DNA of 64,000 bases from contig OZ024740.1 of the NCBI GenBank assembly GCA_964016885.1, positions 366,110,001 through 366,174,000 of the forward strand. Direction: 5' to 3'. The notes under the pieces are model-generated. The model was not told the DNA's origin. It did no database searches and saw only the letters and a list, made by a program, of their open reading frames with translations. The position numbers were made by a program, and so were the translations under genes. This document shows, in pieces, positions 61,341 through 64,000 of the stretch; the first letter of the stretch is position 1; each line of letters begins with the position of its first letter. Origin of the DNA: Eledone cirrhosa. Its lineage: Eukaryota.

Positions 61341-61686
61341 GACTTAAGAAAAAGAGATGTGTTTGATGATATAGTACGGGGTTGACCAGTCCTGAAAAAA
61401 TAAGAAAAACGGGATATGTATAGTGTCATTTGCCATAGCCCCAGGCTGACCCACGCCTTGTTAGTGAAATTTGGTTGAAGGAAACTGCTTGGAAGCCCGT
61501 CGGATGAACTGTATCTATAATTCAAAGGGCCAGCCTTATCACATACTGTGTGACGCTGAATCTCCCTGAGAATTTTGTTAAGGGTGCCAATGTCTGGAAT
61601 GTTGAACTATTTACATTATAATTCATGGGCAGGCTGTTCCATTGATCGAACAACTGGAGCACTTGTCATCGGAGTTCCATCATATA

Positions 61687-62014
61687 CGAGGGCCAGCTGA
61701 AAAGTTCATAGGCTGACTATGAAGGATTGATGCTAGTGCTGTGAAATCTTACAGGCATTACCGTGTTTCCTGGTGTTGAAGACGCTACTTTTTTTCCTAA
61801 AATAAGTCTCAAAAATCTACCATGCGTCCTGGAGGCCGAAGGTTGTTTATTATTTTTTTTTCCAATTTTTGGTCAAAATTAGGGTGCGTCCTCGAGGACG
61901 AAGCGTCTTCGGCGCCAGGAAATACGGTAATTTCAACTCTTCTTATAAATAACTGCATTGTTTCTATCCATGAGAGTATCTTGGTCAACCTTTGAACATT
62001 TCAGCCGACCCTCA
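61687..62014. mobile_element. Mariner-type MITE with TA target-site duplications
   Basis: TIRs CGAGGGCCAGCTGAAAAGTTCATAGGCTGAC and GTCAACCTTTGAACATTTCAGCCGACCCTCA, flanked by TA. Confidence 0.75.
61761..61927. mobile_element. Pogo/Tigger-type MITE nested in the mariner MITE
   Basis: TIRs CCGTGTTTCCTGGTGTTGAAGACGC and GCGTCTTCGGCGCCAGGAAATACGG, with TA duplications. Confidence 0.75.
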
Positions 62015-62438
62015 TAGATGAAAATCGAAAGCTAGTTGAGGAATCTTCAAAATGTCTCCCGAATCCACGGTGTTTGGATTAATAGCTTTGTAATTTTTTC
62101 CCCGTAATAATTTCTTATGTAATGGATTCTTTTCAATACTTTTCAAAACAAACATTTGCGTGTTATTCTGATACAAGGTATTTATTTGTTTGACTTAGCA
62201 TTCATGAAAACATACACAAAGAAAAAAGTGCAGACACCATGTTGTTATTTTCTTTGTAATTAACGTTAGATCATTTGTGCATGGTATTTTTGTTCTACGT
62301 AATATTGTTACGTTAATCTGATGTAGTGTAAATAAAAAGAGACCTTTTTTTTTATTTGAAGGCAGTTTTCCTTGCTTGTTATTTAATAGACTGTTTTTAG
62401 CTTTCTTTTTTTTATTTTCGCATACTTGCACTACACGT

Positions 62439-62519
<81 letters not shown>

Positions 62520-64000
62520 ACACACACACACACACACATTATTCTGCTGCGGCTTACATATGTAACCTTAAAGAATACTTGTTGAAAGGTTTTCGGTAAA
62601 GTCCTCGTCACTTTTACAAATATGACGCAGAAGAAAGAGAGTGTGAGGAGAGAAGGCTACGGTTCCAGATTACGATCTATATTGAGTTATAGATTATTGA
62701 AAATTTAAATATAGTTCAAAATACATGTCGACCCAGAAGTAACGACTGATTTTAATCCGTGAAAACTAATAAAAAAGCTTTACGTTTGGGATACCTTGTA
62801 GTGTTAAAACGGTAGTGGAAAGCAGAGTTAGTAAATCTATGAACATAATGTCTGACTTTGGGGCATTTTATTAAATGATTCTACATTCTGAGTTCAAATC
62901 CTGTCGCGGTTGAATTTACACTCCATCTTTTCGTGGTCGATTTAACAAGTTCTGAGGTCTATTTAATCAGCCAAAATTTCTAGTTTTGCACCTATATAAG
63001 AAATCATTGAAAGAATCATGAGAGCATGGGACACAATGCATTGCAGTTGTAAGTTAGAAACCTTTATGTGTTCAGCTCAAATTTCGCCGAGGTTCAATTT
63101 GCCTTTCATTCTTCTGGGAGTCCATAAAGCCCGTACCCTGAGGCGTATCTAGAGTATAGCAAGCATGGCACGTGCCATGGGCACCATTTGAAAGGAGGCG
63201 CTACCTGGACTAGGAGCACTTTTTATTAAAGTCAGATAAGCTATTGTCAGAGAATGAAAAAAGAAACTTCCTTAGATGTATGATCTGTCTTTGATTATCA
63301 TGGGTGAGAAATGCTCCAAACGTGCTGTGTACTTCATTAGAAGTTTATCATCATCTGATTCAGCTTGCTCGGACATTCATGAGCCTAGCACGCCATCCAT
63401 AAGAGTTAGGAAGTTAAGGGCACTGAAAAACTGAACTTTGGACATACAAACGATTTTTTTCCGTTCTTTTTTGTTACAATGTCCTCACCTTATATTTTCA
63501 AGTAACCTTGTATGGATATTAGAAATTATTTTTAAAATCTTTTTTTTCTTTTTCTTTTTAATTTTTACCGTAATAGATAGAATGACTGACTAATCAACGT
63601 GAAATAGATGTCGAAATACAAACATTTTATCTTCACTTCCTCAACGTTTTCTTTCAAAACACAACCAACTCATGTTATCTTTATCTCTGTTTAACTACTT
63701 CAGTTGTCATTCCTTTCTTCTCCCCACTTCCTCTGTTTTGTCGTAGTTGTCGTCGTTGTCGGTGGTGGCGCTATTCTTCGTCTTTATTGTTGTTATTGTT
63801 GCTACTCTTATATTTCACCTTCAACTGCCCCCCCCCCCACCAGCTTGTTTTAGTCCGCCATCATCACTCACTGTCCTCGTTCTTGTTCCTCTTCTTTTTC
63901 ATTCCACGTTTCCATTGTTCATCATCATCATTCTCTCTCTCTCCCCCCTTCTCTCTCTCGCACTCTCGCTCTCTCTGTATATATATCCAGGGAGTGTAAC

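Noticed and set aside
63130-63210. Possible hAT-type MITE end with the palindrome CATGGCACGTGCCATG
   Set aside because: No convincing matching opposite TIR or target-site duplication found.

Overview
Eukaryotic, very AT-rich, repeat-dense DNA, most likely from an octopus or other coleoid cephalopod (inferred from the repeat repertoire). Most of the window appears intronic to a minus-strand p120/delta-catenin-family gene, of which one 72-nt exon is clear (18158-18229). The window is dominated by retroelements nested in (TA)n and (TA)nCA arrays. These include one intact full-length RTE-clade LINE (APE-RT with a C4HC3 PHD-type finger inserted before the RT thumb), a decayed inverted twin, and a second RTE subfamily whose 3' UTR is shared with CORE-type tRNA-SINEs. 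There are also two Penelope-like (GIY-YIG) copies, a 704-bp-arm inverted repeat, and remnants of mariner, MITE and CRE-like elements. Seven complete type I hammerhead ribozyme folds (five unrelated sequence families) and two partial ones lie in Penelope pLTRs and in short TA-flanked elements. The large TA/CA arrays are strand-polarised in step with the RTE tails. All IY/YI-rich ORFs in the track are microsatellite artefacts. There is a 200-N gap at 41309-41508.
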